From: Actinomycetota bacterium
Lineage (GTDB): Bacteria; Actinomycetota; Acidimicrobiia; Acidimicrobiales; Ilumatobacteraceae
Direction of reading: 5' to 3'
DNA length: 64,000 nt
Assembly (NCBI GenBank): GCA_039177505.1
Contig: JBCDFR010000011.1
Coordinates: 4,536 to 68,535 of the forward strand
A program made the position numbers and the translations under genes. The notes below the pieces were generated by a model. It was not told the origin of the DNA and searched no databases. It worked only from the letters and a program-made list of their open reading frames with translations. Every line of letters starts with the position of its first letter. The stretch's first letter is position 1. Below, one piece after another: positions 44,809 to 53,845 of this stretch.

Positions 44809-45447
44809 GTGGCCGATGACACAGCGACCAGATCGATCCGACTCATCATGAATTGCCCTGCCAACCACTGCCCGCCCTGCGACGCCGACCCGCGCGTCGA
44901 GCGGACCCGGGCCGCCGTCACCGATGCGGCCGCTGCGCTGTTGCGCGCCGATGGTCCAGATGCTGTGACCCACGCCAACGTCGCCGCTGCGGCCAACGTC
45001 AGCCGCACGACGGCGTACAAGCACTACCCGACCCGTGCGGCGCTGCTACGCGCCGCGATCGAGTCGATGGAAAATCACGACTTCAGCGACTTCGAGTTCG
45101 GCGATGACCTGGCGACCGACCTGCGCAACATCTTCTCCGGATTCGTCATCGACCTCGCCGATGTCGAACAGTCGAAGCTGATGGCGACGATGATGCTGCG
45201 TGCGCTCCACGACACTGCCTTGGCCGAGGTGCGTGACGGCTTCATGGCCGAGTTGCGTCCCGTGATCAACGAGGCGTTCGGTCGGGCGATCACCCGCGGC
45301 GAGCTGCGCGACGACCTCGATCTCGAACTCGCGTGGCGGACGGTCGCGGGGTCGCTCGTATTCACTCGGTTCCTCACGAGCGACCCGGTCGACGACGAGT
45401 TCCTCGAACGCGTCATCGACTACTTCATCGCGGCCAACGCTCCCTGA
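44809..45447 (+). CDS. TetR/AcrR-family transcriptional regulator (divergent from MMPL gene)
   Basis: HTH region RTRAAVTDAAAALLRADGPDAVTHANVAAAANVSRTTAYKHYPTRAALL. Start is ATG 44809 or ATG 44848. Confidence 0.85.
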   Translation: MADDTATRSIRLIMNCPANHCPPCDADPRVERTRAAVTDAAAALLRADGPDAVTHANVAAAANVSRTTAYKHYPTRAALLRAAIESMENHDFSDFEFGDDLATDLRNIFSGFVIDLADVEQSKLMATMMLRALHDTALAEVRDGFMAELRPVINEAFGRAITRGELRDDLDLELAWRTVAGSLVFTRFLTSDPVDDEFLERVIDYFIAANAP

Positions 45448-45467
45448 CATCCGCGGCAGCACGGTAC

Positions 45468-45491
45468 AGCGAGACTTCTAGTCTCGTTATT
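45468..45491 (+). terminator. Candidate intrinsic terminator after the TetR gene
   Basis: Stem CGAGACT (45470-76) / AGTCTCG (45480-86), extendable by A-U and G-U pairs. Loop TCT, followed by TTATT. It lies in a locally AT-rich patch 20 nt after the stop. Confidence 0.5.
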
Positions 45492-45600
45492 AGCTCAGAC
45501 CATTTCGGTGCCGTCGGGGCGGTGGGAGTGCCACTGGCCGTGGGCCGCCCACTCGCACTCGCGACGACCCCGATGCAGGCATGGCGTCGATCAAATCGAG

Positions 45601-45771
45601 CTACACCGATCGGCGATTGATCCACCACCGGGTGCCACCCGCCGCAACGGCAGCGACGACGCCGACCGCGATCGCGGTGCCCGAGAATCCCCCGTCGATC
45701 AGCACGTACACGATGAGCGCGGCCAGTCCCGCGAGCACGGCGGACAACACGGCGTTGGTCGTGTTCGACAC
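45601..45771 (-). CDS. Hypothetical small membrane protein (2 TM)
   Basis: C-terminal part of track ORF 45601..45906: VSNTTNAVLSAVLAGLAALIVYVLIDGGFSGTAIAVGVVAAVAAGGTRWWINRRSV. Start undefined (GTG 45771 proposed; ATG 45906 would overlap the neighbouring start). No family recognised. Confidence 0.35.
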   Translation of the reverse strand: MSNTTNAVLSAVLAGLAALIVYVLIDGGFSGTAIAVGVVAAVAAGGTRWWINRRSV

Positions 45772-45893
45772 GCCCTCCGAACGTAGTCGCGCCGTGAGTT
45801 CTCCGTTCGCGAACCGATCGCGGGCTTCGCTCCGTACCGGTCGGCGTACAGAACGACATCGATCACCGATCACACCCGATTCAGGAGACCCCC

Positions 45894-46436
45894 ATGCGCA
45901 CACCACTGCTCGCCTCGCTCGCCGCCGCCACGATCGTCATCGCCGCCTGCGGTTCAGACGACGACAGCGACACGACCGCGGCGACCGACGCAGCCGCGAC
46001 CGCGACAACCGACACGACACCCGCCAACGATCAGGCGACCACCGATCAAGGCACCACCGATCAAGGCACCACCGATGCGGCCGACGCCGAAGTGTTTGTG
46101 ACGATCGTCGACTCGGAATTCGGCGAGATCCTCGCCGACGCCAACGGCTTCACGCTCTACGGATTCACCGATGACGTCGACGGCGTGCCCACGTGCGAAG
46201 GCGGCTGCGCCGGCGCGTGGCCGCCGCTGACCGTCGACACTGCCGAAGTTCCCGCGGGCCTGGATACCGCGGTCTTCACGGTCGTCGAACACCCCGACGG
46301 CTCGTCGCAGCTGAAGGCCGGCGACTGGCCGCTGTATCGCTTCGCCAGCGACTTCGGGCCGGGCGACGTCACAGGTCAGGGCTCCGGCGGCGTGTGGTTC
46401 GTCGTCGCTCCCAACGGCACGCTGATCGGCGCCTAA
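45894..46436 (+). CDS. Lipoprotein with two 'Lipoprotein_15'-type secreted repeats (COG4315-like)
   Basis: AGGAG lies 7 nt upstream of the ATG. Lipobox VIAACGSDD, then a Thr/Asp/Gln-rich linker. Repeats are GFTLYGFTDD...PTCEGGCAGAWPPL and GDWPLYRFASD. Confidence 0.8.
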   Translation: MRTPLLASLAAATIVIAACGSDDDSDTTAATDAAATATTDTTPANDQATTDQGTTDQGTTDAADAEVFVTIVDSEFGEILADANGFTLYGFTDDVDGVPTCEGGCAGAWPPLTVDTAEVPAGLDTAVFTVVEHPDGSSQLKAGDWPLYRFASDFGPGDVTGQGSGGVWFVVAPNGTLIGA

Positions 46437-46464
46437 CGATGACTCGCGGCGCTACCGTCGCCCC

Positions 46465-46989
46465 GTGAGCGACGAGCCGGTGGTGATCGCCACATACGAC
46501 CCGCTGTGGCCGTCGCAGTTCGACGCTGCGGCCACGGAACTCCACCAGGCACTCGGGGAGTGGGCCGTCGACATCGAACACATCGGCAGCACCGCCGTGC
46601 CAGGGCTGGCGGCCAAACCGATCATCGACATCCAGATCGGCGTCAGCGAGCTGGCGTCGTTCCGGGCGCATCTTCCAGCGATCGAGGCGCTCGGATACAC
46701 ATATGTCCCGGACTACGAGGCACAGTTTCCCAACCGTCGCTACCTGCGCCGCCGTGCGGCGTCAGGGGTGACCACGCACCAGCTGCATCTCGTCGAGCGG
46801 ACCGATCCTGATTGGTGGGACCGTCACATCGCGTTTCGCGACTGGCTGCGGCGCCACCCCGACGATCGACAACGATACGAGCAGCTAAAGCAGACATTCG
46901 CTGCGACGTACCGCACCGACCGTGAGCGCTACACCGATGAGAAGAGCGAGTTCATCGACACGATCGTGCATCGTGCGTTGGCGAGTTGA
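46465..46989 (+). CDS. GrpB-family protein (UPF0157)
   Basis: YDPLWPSQF; IEHIGSTAVPGLAAKPIIDIQIGV; HQLHLVE; RDWLRRHPDDRQRYEQLK. Confidence 0.85.
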   Translation: MSDEPVVIATYDPLWPSQFDAAATELHQALGEWAVDIEHIGSTAVPGLAAKPIIDIQIGVSELASFRAHLPAIEALGYTYVPDYEAQFPNRRYLRRRAASGVTTHQLHLVERTDPDWWDRHIAFRDWLRRHPDDRQRYEQLKQTFAATYRTDRERYTDEKSEFIDTIVHRALAS

Positions 46990-47001
46990 TCGTCGTGACC
47001 A

Positions 47002-48510
47002 CTACGCATCGGTGGTCGCGCCCACCGTGGTGGTCACGTTGCCATCGACCGGACAACGGCTCGACACCACGGTGACATCGGTGCGCTCGTCGGCGATCGA
47101 CTCGGCACGCGGGAGCAACACGAACGCGAGCAGACCCGACAGGGTCACCACGATGGCCGACACGATCACCGCCCGACCGAACCCGTCGTCGAGCTGCAGC
47201 GGATCGCTCAACGCCGTTCCGGTGAGCCCCACCAGGCTCGGCACGGCGGCCACGAACAGCAGTCCGCCCGTTCGCGACACCGCGTTGTTCACCCCGGACG
47301 CTGCTCCAGCGCGTTGAGTCGGCGCAGCGCCGAGCGCGGTGGACGTGAGCGGTGCGACCATCAGCGCAAGACCGCAGCCGTAGGCGAGCACGGCTGGCAA
47401 CACGTCGCCGACGTACGACGCCGTCGAGTCGATGCGCAACATCAGGAGCATTCCGACAGCGACGGTCAGCGGCCCGAAGGTGAGCGGGAGCCGCGGTCCG
47501 ATCCGGCTTGCGAGGTCCCCCGCCCGCGCTGAGAACAGCAGCATCACGACAGTGACCGGCAAGAGCGCGGCTCCCGCGCCGACCGGCGACCAGTCGGCGG
47601 TGACCTGGAGCTGCAGGGGCAGCAGGAAGAACACCACACCCATCGCGCCGTACACCGTGAACGTCAACGAGTTGACGACGCTGAACGTGCGGTCGGCAAA
47701 CAGCTCGACCGGCAACATCGCATGATCGCGCCCGCGCTCGATGGCCAACAGCACCGGAATGGCCACGATGGCGACTGCGCCGAGCGCAACGTCGAGCGGC
47801 GACCACCCGTCGTTCGGGCCTTCGATCAGCGCATACGAAAGGCCGCCCAGCACGATCACCGTCAGCACCGCTCCGCGGACGTCGAGGCGCGAGGCGCCTG
47901 CGGAGTCGTTGCGACTCTCCGGCACTCTCGTCGACAGCACGAGCGCCGCGATGGCCACTGGAACGTTGATGAGGAAGGCCCACCTCCACGACGCGTCGAC
48001 CAGGAGTCCGCCGACCAGCGGGCCGATCGCGCTGGCGATGCCGCCGAGGCCAGACCACGCTCCGACGCCGCGTCCCCGGTCTTCATCGCGCAACGTTGCT
48101 TGAACGATCGCCAAGCTGCCGGGTGTGAGCAGGGCCCCGCCGATCCCCTGCAGCACACGAAACATGATCAGCGATTCGACGTTCCACGCCGTCGCGCACA
48201 ACAACGACGCCAACGCAAACCAAACGATGCCGATGCGATACATGCGCAAGCGACCACTGCGATCACCCAGAGACCCACCGATCAGGATCAGCGCGGCCAG
48301 CGGCAGTGAGTATGCGTTGATCACCCAGGTCTGCTGCGCCGAGGTGGCCTCGAAATCGACGGCGATCGTCGGCAGTGCCACACCGACAACGGTGCTGGTG
48401 AGCATGGCCACGGCAGAGCCGAGGATGGCCATGGCCAACACCGCCCGCCCGCGGGTCGAATCGAGGGCGACCGCCCCCGCTTCGTGATCGATCTCTCGGC
48501 CGTGATTCAC
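47002..48510 (-). CDS. MFS transporter, DHA2 (EmrB/QacA-like, 14-TM) family
   Basis: GTG 48510 overlaps the engB stop (GTGA). Blocks: LPTIAVDFEATSAQQTWVINAYSL, GGSLGDRSGRLRMY, VLQGIGGALLTPGSLAIV. About 14 hydrophobic segments. Confidence 0.85.
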   Translation of the reverse strand: MNHGREIDHEAGAVALDSTRGRAVLAMAILGSAVAMLTSTVVGVALPTIAVDFEATSAQQTWVINAYSLPLAALILIGGSLGDRSGRLRMYRIGIVWFALASLLCATAWNVESLIMFRVLQGIGGALLTPGSLAIVQATLRDEDRGRGVGAWSGLGGIASAIGPLVGGLLVDASWRWAFLINVPVAIAALVLSTRVPESRNDSAGASRLDVRGAVLTVIVLGGLSYALIEGPNDGWSPLDVALGAVAIVAIPVLLAIERGRDHAMLPVELFADRTFSVVNSLTFTVYGAMGVVFFLLPLQLQVTADWSPVGAGAALLPVTVVMLLFSARAGDLASRIGPRLPLTFGPLTVAVGMLLMLRIDSTASYVGDVLPAVLAYGCGLALMVAPLTSTALGAAPTQRAGAASGVNNAVSRTGGLLFVAAVPSLVGLTGTALSDPLQLDDGFGRAVIVSAIVVTLSGLLAFVLLPRAESIADERTDVTVVSSRCPVDGNVTTTVGATTDA

Positions 48511-49091
48511 GGCCTCAACCAGAGGTCGATCATGGAACGCAGCTGGTCGATGCCCGCGCCGGTGGTCGAGCTGACCCACAACACGTCACCGGGGTCGAGG
48601 TCGCATCCTTCCGCAAGGTCGCGGCGCCGACGCTGTCGCTTCGACGACTTCACCTTGTCGGCCTTGGTGGCGATGACGCTGTGCGGAGTGTCGTGATGGC
48701 GCAGCCACTCGAGCATCTGTTGGTCGAGCGGAGTCGGCCCGATCGCGCCGTCGACCAGCACCAGCACCCGATCGAGTTCTTCGCGATCGAGCAGATACCC
48801 CTCGATCATGCGCGGCCACGTCGCACGCGTCGCCTTCGACGCCTTGGCGTAGCCGTACCCCGGGAGGTCGACGAAGGTTGCGCCACTCGGGGTGGTGAAC
48901 ACGTTGATCAATTGCGTACGCCCAGGGGTGTTCGACACTCGAGCGAGCTGTTTGCGGTTGGCCAAGGCATTGATCAACGAGGACTTACCGACATTTGACC
49001 GGCCGACCACTGCAAGCTCGACCGGAGATGAGGCAAGCTGTTCGACGTTGCTCGCGGAACTCACGAACTCGAGCTCCAATCGTGTCGACAC
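48507..49091 (-). CDS. engB: Ribosome-biogenesis GTPase YsxC/EngB
   Basis: G1 GRSNVGKSSLINAL; NTPGRTQ; G3 DLPGYGYA; G4 TKADK. Confidence 0.9.
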   Translation of the reverse strand: MSTRLELEFVSSASNVEQLASSPVELAVVGRSNVGKSSLINALANRKQLARVSNTPGRTQLINVFTTPSGATFVDLPGYGYAKASKATRATWPRMIEGYLLDREELDRVLVLVDGAIGPTPLDQQMLEWLRHHDTPHSVIATKADKVKSSKRQRRRRDLAEGCDLDPGDVLWVSSTTGAGIDQLRSMIDLWLRP

Positions 49092-49120
49092 GACCTACAG
49101 TCAACCCCTAGGAGGTTCCC

Positions 49121-49807
49121 ATGACCACAGCTCGCTCGCACACCTCAGTCCGCCGGGCACTCGCCCTCGGCGTGGGGCTCGCCGGCCTCACCGCCGCATG
49201 CAGCTCGGCCACCGAGGAGGGAATCGAGCAGTTGATCGAGTCCCAGAGCGGCGGGGACGTCGAGATCGACCTCGACGACGGTGGGTTCTCGTTCGAATCC
49301 GACGAGGGCAGCATGTCGGTCGACGAAGACGGGAACTTCATCATCGAAGGCGCTGACGGGGAAGTCGTCACCGGTCAGGCGGGCGACGGCAGCTTCACGC
49401 TCGAGGACGAAGACGGCGTCGCCGAATTCGGAGTCGACGAAGAGGACGGCGACGTCAGCGTCCAGACCGAGGACGGCTCGTTCGAGTTCAACGAGGGCAG
49501 CGAGATCCCGGACGAATGGCCGTCCGAGGTACCCGTTCCCGAGGGCCTCACCATCACCTCGTCGGCGTTCATCGGCGACGGCACCACCGGCCAGAGCACC
49601 GTTACCGGTGACGTTGCCGGTTCGCCCGTCGAATACGCCGAGGCCTACGGCGCGCTGCTGGTCGCTGAAGGCTTCGAGGAGACCGGCGTGTTCCGATCGG
49701 GTGACGACATCACGTCGACCTATATGAGCGATGCCTACACGGTGTCGATCAACGGCCTCGGGAGCACCGGGGAGTCGATCGTGACGATCGGCGTGTTCAA
49801 CAACTGA
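49121..49807 (+). CDS. Acidic lipoprotein, function unknown
   Basis: AGGAGG lies upstream of the ATG. Lipobox LAGLTAACSS, then a very Asp/Glu/Gly-rich repetitive middle region (DDGGFSFESDEG, DGSFTLEDEDG, EDGSFEFNEG). Confidence 0.65.
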   Translation: MTTARSHTSVRRALALGVGLAGLTAACSSATEEGIEQLIESQSGGDVEIDLDDGGFSFESDEGSMSVDEDGNFIIEGADGEVVTGQAGDGSFTLEDEDGVAEFGVDEEDGDVSVQTEDGSFEFNEGSEIPDEWPSEVPVPEGLTITSSAFIGDGTTGQSTVTGDVAGSPVEYAEAYGALLVAEGFEETGVFRSGDDITSTYMSDAYTVSINGLGSTGESIVTIGVFNN

Positions 49808-49811
49808 CTCG

Positions 49812-50021
49812 TCAGCCCGATATCAGCGACGCCAGCGCCCAGATCGTCGCCACGAGCCCGATCGCCGAGAACGCCAGACTGCGGCCGACCGGCGCGCGCT
49901 CGAGGTTGTCGTCGTCGAGTTGGCGCTCGGGCGGACGGATCACTGCCACGAGGTTGCCGACGAACAACGCGCCGCCGAAGGCCAACACGAGATACGCGAG
50001 GAGATCCTCACCGAGGAACAT
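49812..50021 (-). CDS. Hypothetical small membrane protein (2 TM)
   Basis: ATG 50021 gives MFLGEDLLAYLVLAFGGALFVGNLVAVIRPP...SLAFSAIGLVATIWALASLISG. No family recognised. Confidence 0.4.
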   Translation of the reverse strand: MFLGEDLLAYLVLAFGGALFVGNLVAVIRPPERQLDDDNLERAPVGRSLAFSAIGLVATIWALASLISG

Positions 50022-50083
50022 GCCCACAGCATGCCTGCCGCTCTGACCCGTCACCCACACGCGCCAGGCGCGATCATGGGGCG

Positions 50084-50632
50084 ATGGGTTTCCACCATGT
50101 CGCGTTGGCCACCAACGACACGCAGGCAACGCACCGCTTCTACACCGAAGTGATGGGCTTCGAGCTCGTCAAGGTCATCGCTGCGCCAACACCCAACGAT
50201 GGTGACGGCTTCAGCAAGCACTTCTTCTACTCCACTGGAGCAGCCGATGAGTCAGGCGATCCGGGGATGATCGCGTTCTGGGAGATCCACGACGACGAGA
50301 TCGGCACCGATTTCGGCGTCGACCTCAACAAGTCGGCCGGCTTACCGTGGTGGGTCAACCATCTCGCCTTCGACGCACCGACTCGCGAGGCGCTCGACGA
50401 GCACCGACGCCGCTGGCAAGAACACGGCCACACCGTGCTCGAGGTCGACCACGAGTTCTGCGTCAGCATCTACATCCGCGACCCGATGCACAACATGGTC
50501 GAGTTCTGCCACACCGTGCGACCCTTCACCGGCGACGAACGGGCCCAAGCGGCGGCACTGCTGTCCGACCCGCAGCCGCCATTGGAGCAGGACGCCAACG
50601 CCACGGTCCACCAGCCGACGGTGCCGGCGTAG
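50084..50632 (+). CDS. VOC (glyoxalase/bleomycin-resistance/dioxygenase) family protein
   Basis: MGFHHVALATNDTQATHRFYTEVMGFELV; HLAFD; a second half-domain with EFCVSIYIRDP. Confidence 0.75.
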   Translation: MGFHHVALATNDTQATHRFYTEVMGFELVKVIAAPTPNDGDGFSKHFFYSTGAADESGDPGMIAFWEIHDDEIGTDFGVDLNKSAGLPWWVNHLAFDAPTREALDEHRRRWQEHGHTVLEVDHEFCVSIYIRDPMHNMVEFCHTVRPFTGDERAQAAALLSDPQPPLEQDANATVHQPTVPA

Positions 50633-50636
50633 TCAG

Positions 50637-53072
50637 CTACGCCGCCAGCGCGACCAGCACCGAGTTGGCGATCTGCTCGGGGAGCAGGTCGAAATGTTCG
50701 TACAGCTCGGCGATCGTCCCCGACTGGCCGAACTCGTCGACCCCGACCGGCACCGTCGGGGCGCCGAACACCGATCCCAGCCAGGCGAGGTGATGCGACG
50801 CCGCGTCGTGCACGGTCACGATCGGCAATCGCCGCTCCTCCGGACGAAGCAGATCGGCGACGTGATGCGCAGGCTGCGCGTGCCGGGCGTCACGACCCGC
50901 TCGACGCAACTCGGCGCGCCACCCGCTATACAGCCGGTCGGCGCTGGTGACGTCGAGCACGACGACCGGCACTTCCTCGTCGGCCAGTAGCTGCGCCGCA
51001 CTGACCGCCTCGGCAACGAGGGGGCCGGCGGCCGCGATCACGGCGAGCGGGGACGAGTGAGGCTCGATGAGCCGGTAGCCGCCCGCCAACACGTCGGAAC
51101 GCAAGCGTTCGGTACCGAGCCGTTCGTCGGCGGCGGCGAACGGTGCCTGCTCGATCGGTCGCGTCGACAGCCGGGCATACAGAGAGTCACCGTCGGGGAA
51201 GCCGAGGCCCTGTAGCCCGTCACACAGCAGCCAGTCGAGCGCTCGAGCGTATGCCGGCTCGACCGTGGTGATCCCCGGTAGTTCGAGTCCGATCGACGGC
51301 GTGATCGATGACTGGTGGGCGCCACCTTCCGGAGCGAGCGTGACTCCAGCAGGCGTGCCGACGACCACGAATCGGGCACCGTTGTACAGGGCATAGATGA
51401 GGCCGTCCAGGCCGCGACACACGAACGGGTCGTACACGGTGCCGATCGGCAACAGATGATGGTCGTGCAGCTCATGAGCCAACCCGAAGGCGTGCAGCGC
51501 GAGAAAGAGGTTCATCTCGCTGATGCCCAGTTCGACGTGGTGGCCGTCGGGAGTCTGCTGCCAACGCAACAGGCGGTCCTCGCCGAGCTCGTCGGGCAGT
51601 TCAGTTGGTGCGAACACGCCCATCTTGTTGATCCACCCACCGAGGTTGGTGGAAACGCTCACGTCGGGCGACAGTGTCACCATTCGTGCCGCCACTGCGT
51701 CGACCCCGGCGAGCGAGGTGAGCACCCGTCCGAACGTCTCCTGCGTGCTCAGCATGGAGGTGGCAACGACCCCGGTGGCATCGGGGATCGGGACGTTCGG
51801 ACGCGGCCGGAGTGGCTGGTTGTTCAGTTCGCCGCCGGTTCCTGCACACAGCCGACCGGCTGGCGACTCGGGGTCGAATCGGTCCCACTCGGTCACCGCG
51901 TCGAGGCCCACCTCGTCGCGTAGCCCGTCGACCTGCGCAGCGGTCAGCAGCGCGGCATGGTTGAGCGGATCGCCGGCAATGGGCAAACCCCAGCCTTTGA
52001 TCGTGTACGCGAAGACGACACTTGGTCGGTCGCTGACGGCGTCGCACTGCCGATAGCAATCGAGCAGCAGATCGAGGTCGTGGCCGCCGAGGTTGGTCAC
52101 CAGCGGATACAGATCGTCATCGGAGATGTCGTCGACCATTGCGCGCAGTCGTTTCTTCCCGCCGTCGACGAAGCGCTGACGCAAAGCCGGGCCGCGCAGC
52201 CCGAACAGCGACTGATAACGCTCGTTCTCCATGGCATCGATATGCGCTCGAAGGGCGGCACCACCAGGTCGCTCGAACGCGTCGGTGAGGCGGCGACCGT
52301 ACTTGGCCTCGACCACGTGCCAACCGGCGCCGTCGAAGAAGTCCATCAGCTTCTTGATCTTCTGATCGGGAATGACCCGGTCGAGGCTCTGCCGATTGGC
52401 GTCGACGACGAGCATCACATTGCCGAGACCGTGTAAGGCCGGTTCGGCGATCGCCTCCCACACGTTTCCTTCATCCAGCTCGGCATCACCGACGAGCGAA
52501 ATGAACCGCGCCGATCGAGCGCTCGAGTCGTCGACGAATGGTGCTGAGTCACGAGCCGCGATGTACCGACGCACCATCGCGGCAAACAACGGAGCAACCG
52601 CCCCGAGTCCGACCGAGCCGGTCGAGAAGTCGGCGACGTCGGGATCCTTGGTGCGACTCGGGTAGGCCTGCAGGCCGCCGAACGATCGCAACTCCGTGAG
52701 GTATCGCCGATCGAGTTCGCCGGTGAGGTACTTGATGGCGTGGTACACCGGGCTGGCGTGCGGTTTGACGGCGACCTTGTCCGCCCCGGTGAGGTGGCCG
52801 AACCACAACGACGTCATGATCGAGACCATCGAGGCCGACGATGCTTGGTGGCCGCCGACCTTGATCGCCATGTCCGAACGCAGTGGTGTCGGACGCTCGC
52901 GGTTGGCGTGATCGACGATCCGTGTCGCCAGCCAGAGCACGCGCTGCTCCACCGCACGCAACACGTCCATCGAGACACCGTCCATCGCGAGACGGTCGGT
53001 CGCGAGGCCATCCATGGCGGCCACGCCCTTCGAGTGGTGGCGGTCGCCGACAGGCTGCTCGATGCTCACCAA
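50637..53072 (-). CDS. AceE-like thiamine-diphosphate-dependent E1 component (homodimeric pyruvate dehydrogenase E1 family)
   Basis: VGGHQASSASMVSI; FSTGSVGLGAVAP; ThDP motif GDAELDEGNVWEA...N. The C-terminal transketolase-like domains end in VPVGVDEFGQSG. The start is uncertain (TTG 53072, GTG 53069 or internal ATGs). Confidence 0.75.
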   Translation of the reverse strand: MVSIEQPVGDRHHSKGVAAMDGLATDRLAMDGVSMDVLRAVEQRVLWLATRIVDHANRERPTPLRSDMAIKVGGHQASSASMVSIMTSLWFGHLTGADKVAVKPHASPVYHAIKYLTGELDRRYLTELRSFGGLQAYPSRTKDPDVADFSTGSVGLGAVAPLFAAMVRRYIAARDSAPFVDDSSARSARFISLVGDAELDEGNVWEAIAEPALHGLGNVMLVVDANRQSLDRVIPDQKIKKLMDFFDGAGWHVVEAKYGRRLTDAFERPGGAALRAHIDAMENERYQSLFGLRGPALRQRFVDGGKKRLRAMVDDISDDDLYPLVTNLGGHDLDLLLDCYRQCDAVSDRPSVVFAYTIKGWGLPIAGDPLNHAALLTAAQVDGLRDEVGLDAVTEWDRFDPESPAGRLCAGTGGELNNQPLRPRPNVPIPDATGVVATSMLSTQETFGRVLTSLAGVDAVAARMVTLSPDVSVSTNLGGWINKMGVFAPTELPDELGEDRLLRWQQTPDGHHVELGISEMNLFLALHAFGLAHELHDHHLLPIGTVYDPFVCRGLDGLIYALYNGARFVVVGTPAGVTLAPEGGAHQSSITPSIGLELPGITTVEPAYARALDWLLCDGLQGLGFPDGDSLYARLSTRPIEQAPFAAADERLGTERLRSDVLAGGYRLIEPHSSPLAVIAAAGPLVAEAVSAAQLLADEEVPVVVLDVTSADRLYSGWRAELRRAGRDARHAQPAHHVADLLRPEERRLPIVTVHDAASHHLAWLGSVFGAPTVPVGVDEFGQSGTIAELYEHFDLLPEQIANSVLVALAA

Positions 53073-53114
53073 CCCATTGTGGGTCGCGCAGCGTCATCGC
53101 GCTAGAACGGACCG

Positions 53115-53810
53115 ATGACAGACGCGCGATCGGTCGCTCGCACGTCGTCGACGTACAAACTCCGACGCCGGGCGATGGCGCCCGCCCGCCAGGACCGCTT
53201 CGTGGCGTGGCTCGAACGGTGGGGGCTCGACGAGTCGGGGCCGCCACTCGACTGGACCGGTGTATTCGGCCGCCGCCACGACGTGGTGCTCGACATCGGC
53301 TTCGGCCACGGCGAAAGCGTGCTCGATCTCGCCCGACGGGTGCCGGCGACCGATGTGGTGGGAATCGAAGTGCACACACCCGGAGCGGCAACCGTGCTCG
53401 ATGCCATCGAGCGCGACGCGCTGGAGAACGTGCGCGTTGTATTCGGAGACGGCCTGCGGTTTCTCGACCGGGTACCAGCCGAGTCGCTCGCAGCTGTGCG
53501 CGTCCTCTTCCCCGACCCGTGGCCCAAGCCACGGCAACACCATCGTCGAATGGTCGCTGCGGACACCATCGCTGCATTCACCGACCGCCTGCGCGTCGGC
53601 GGCACGCTGCATCTCGCCACCGACATCGCCGACTACGCCGCAGCGATGCGCACCGCAGCTGATGGCGAGCCGCGCCTGGCCGGTGGTCCCATCGATCGCT
53701 CCACCGCAGATCGACCCCTCACCCGGTTCGAACAGCGCGGCATCGACGACGGCCGGACAGCCACCGACCTGCTGTACGAACGAAGGCTCAACAGCGGCAA
53801 CGCCATTTAG
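53115..53810 (+). CDS. trmB: tRNA (guanine-N7)-methyltransferase
   Basis: VLDIGFGHGES; VGIEVH; LFPDPWPKPRQHHRR; TRFEQRG. Confidence 0.9.
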   Translation: MTDARSVARTSSTYKLRRRAMAPARQDRFVAWLERWGLDESGPPLDWTGVFGRRHDVVLDIGFGHGESVLDLARRVPATDVVGIEVHTPGAATVLDAIERDALENVRVVFGDGLRFLDRVPAESLAAVRVLFPDPWPKPRQHHRRMVAADTIAAFTDRLRVGGTLHLATDIADYAAAMRTAADGEPRLAGGPIDRSTADRPLTRFEQRGIDDGRTATDLLYERRLNSGNAI

Positions 53811-53839
53811 TTGCGATCTCAACCAAATTGGGATACGAT
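53811..53839 (+). promoter_or_regulatory. Candidate promoter (-35 TTGCGA, 17-nt spacer, -10 TACGAT) for the pirin gene; spacing predicts a leaderless mRNA
   Basis: TTGCGA at 53811-16 and TACGAT at 53834-39. ATG 53846 begins 7 nt after the -10. The region is locally AT-richer. Confidence 0.45.
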
Positions 53840-53845
53840 CGATGT

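Noticed and set aside
53828-53845. TTG 53828 start for the pirin gene
   Set aside because: It lies within the spacer of the candidate promoter. ATG 53846 gives a typical pirin N-terminus.
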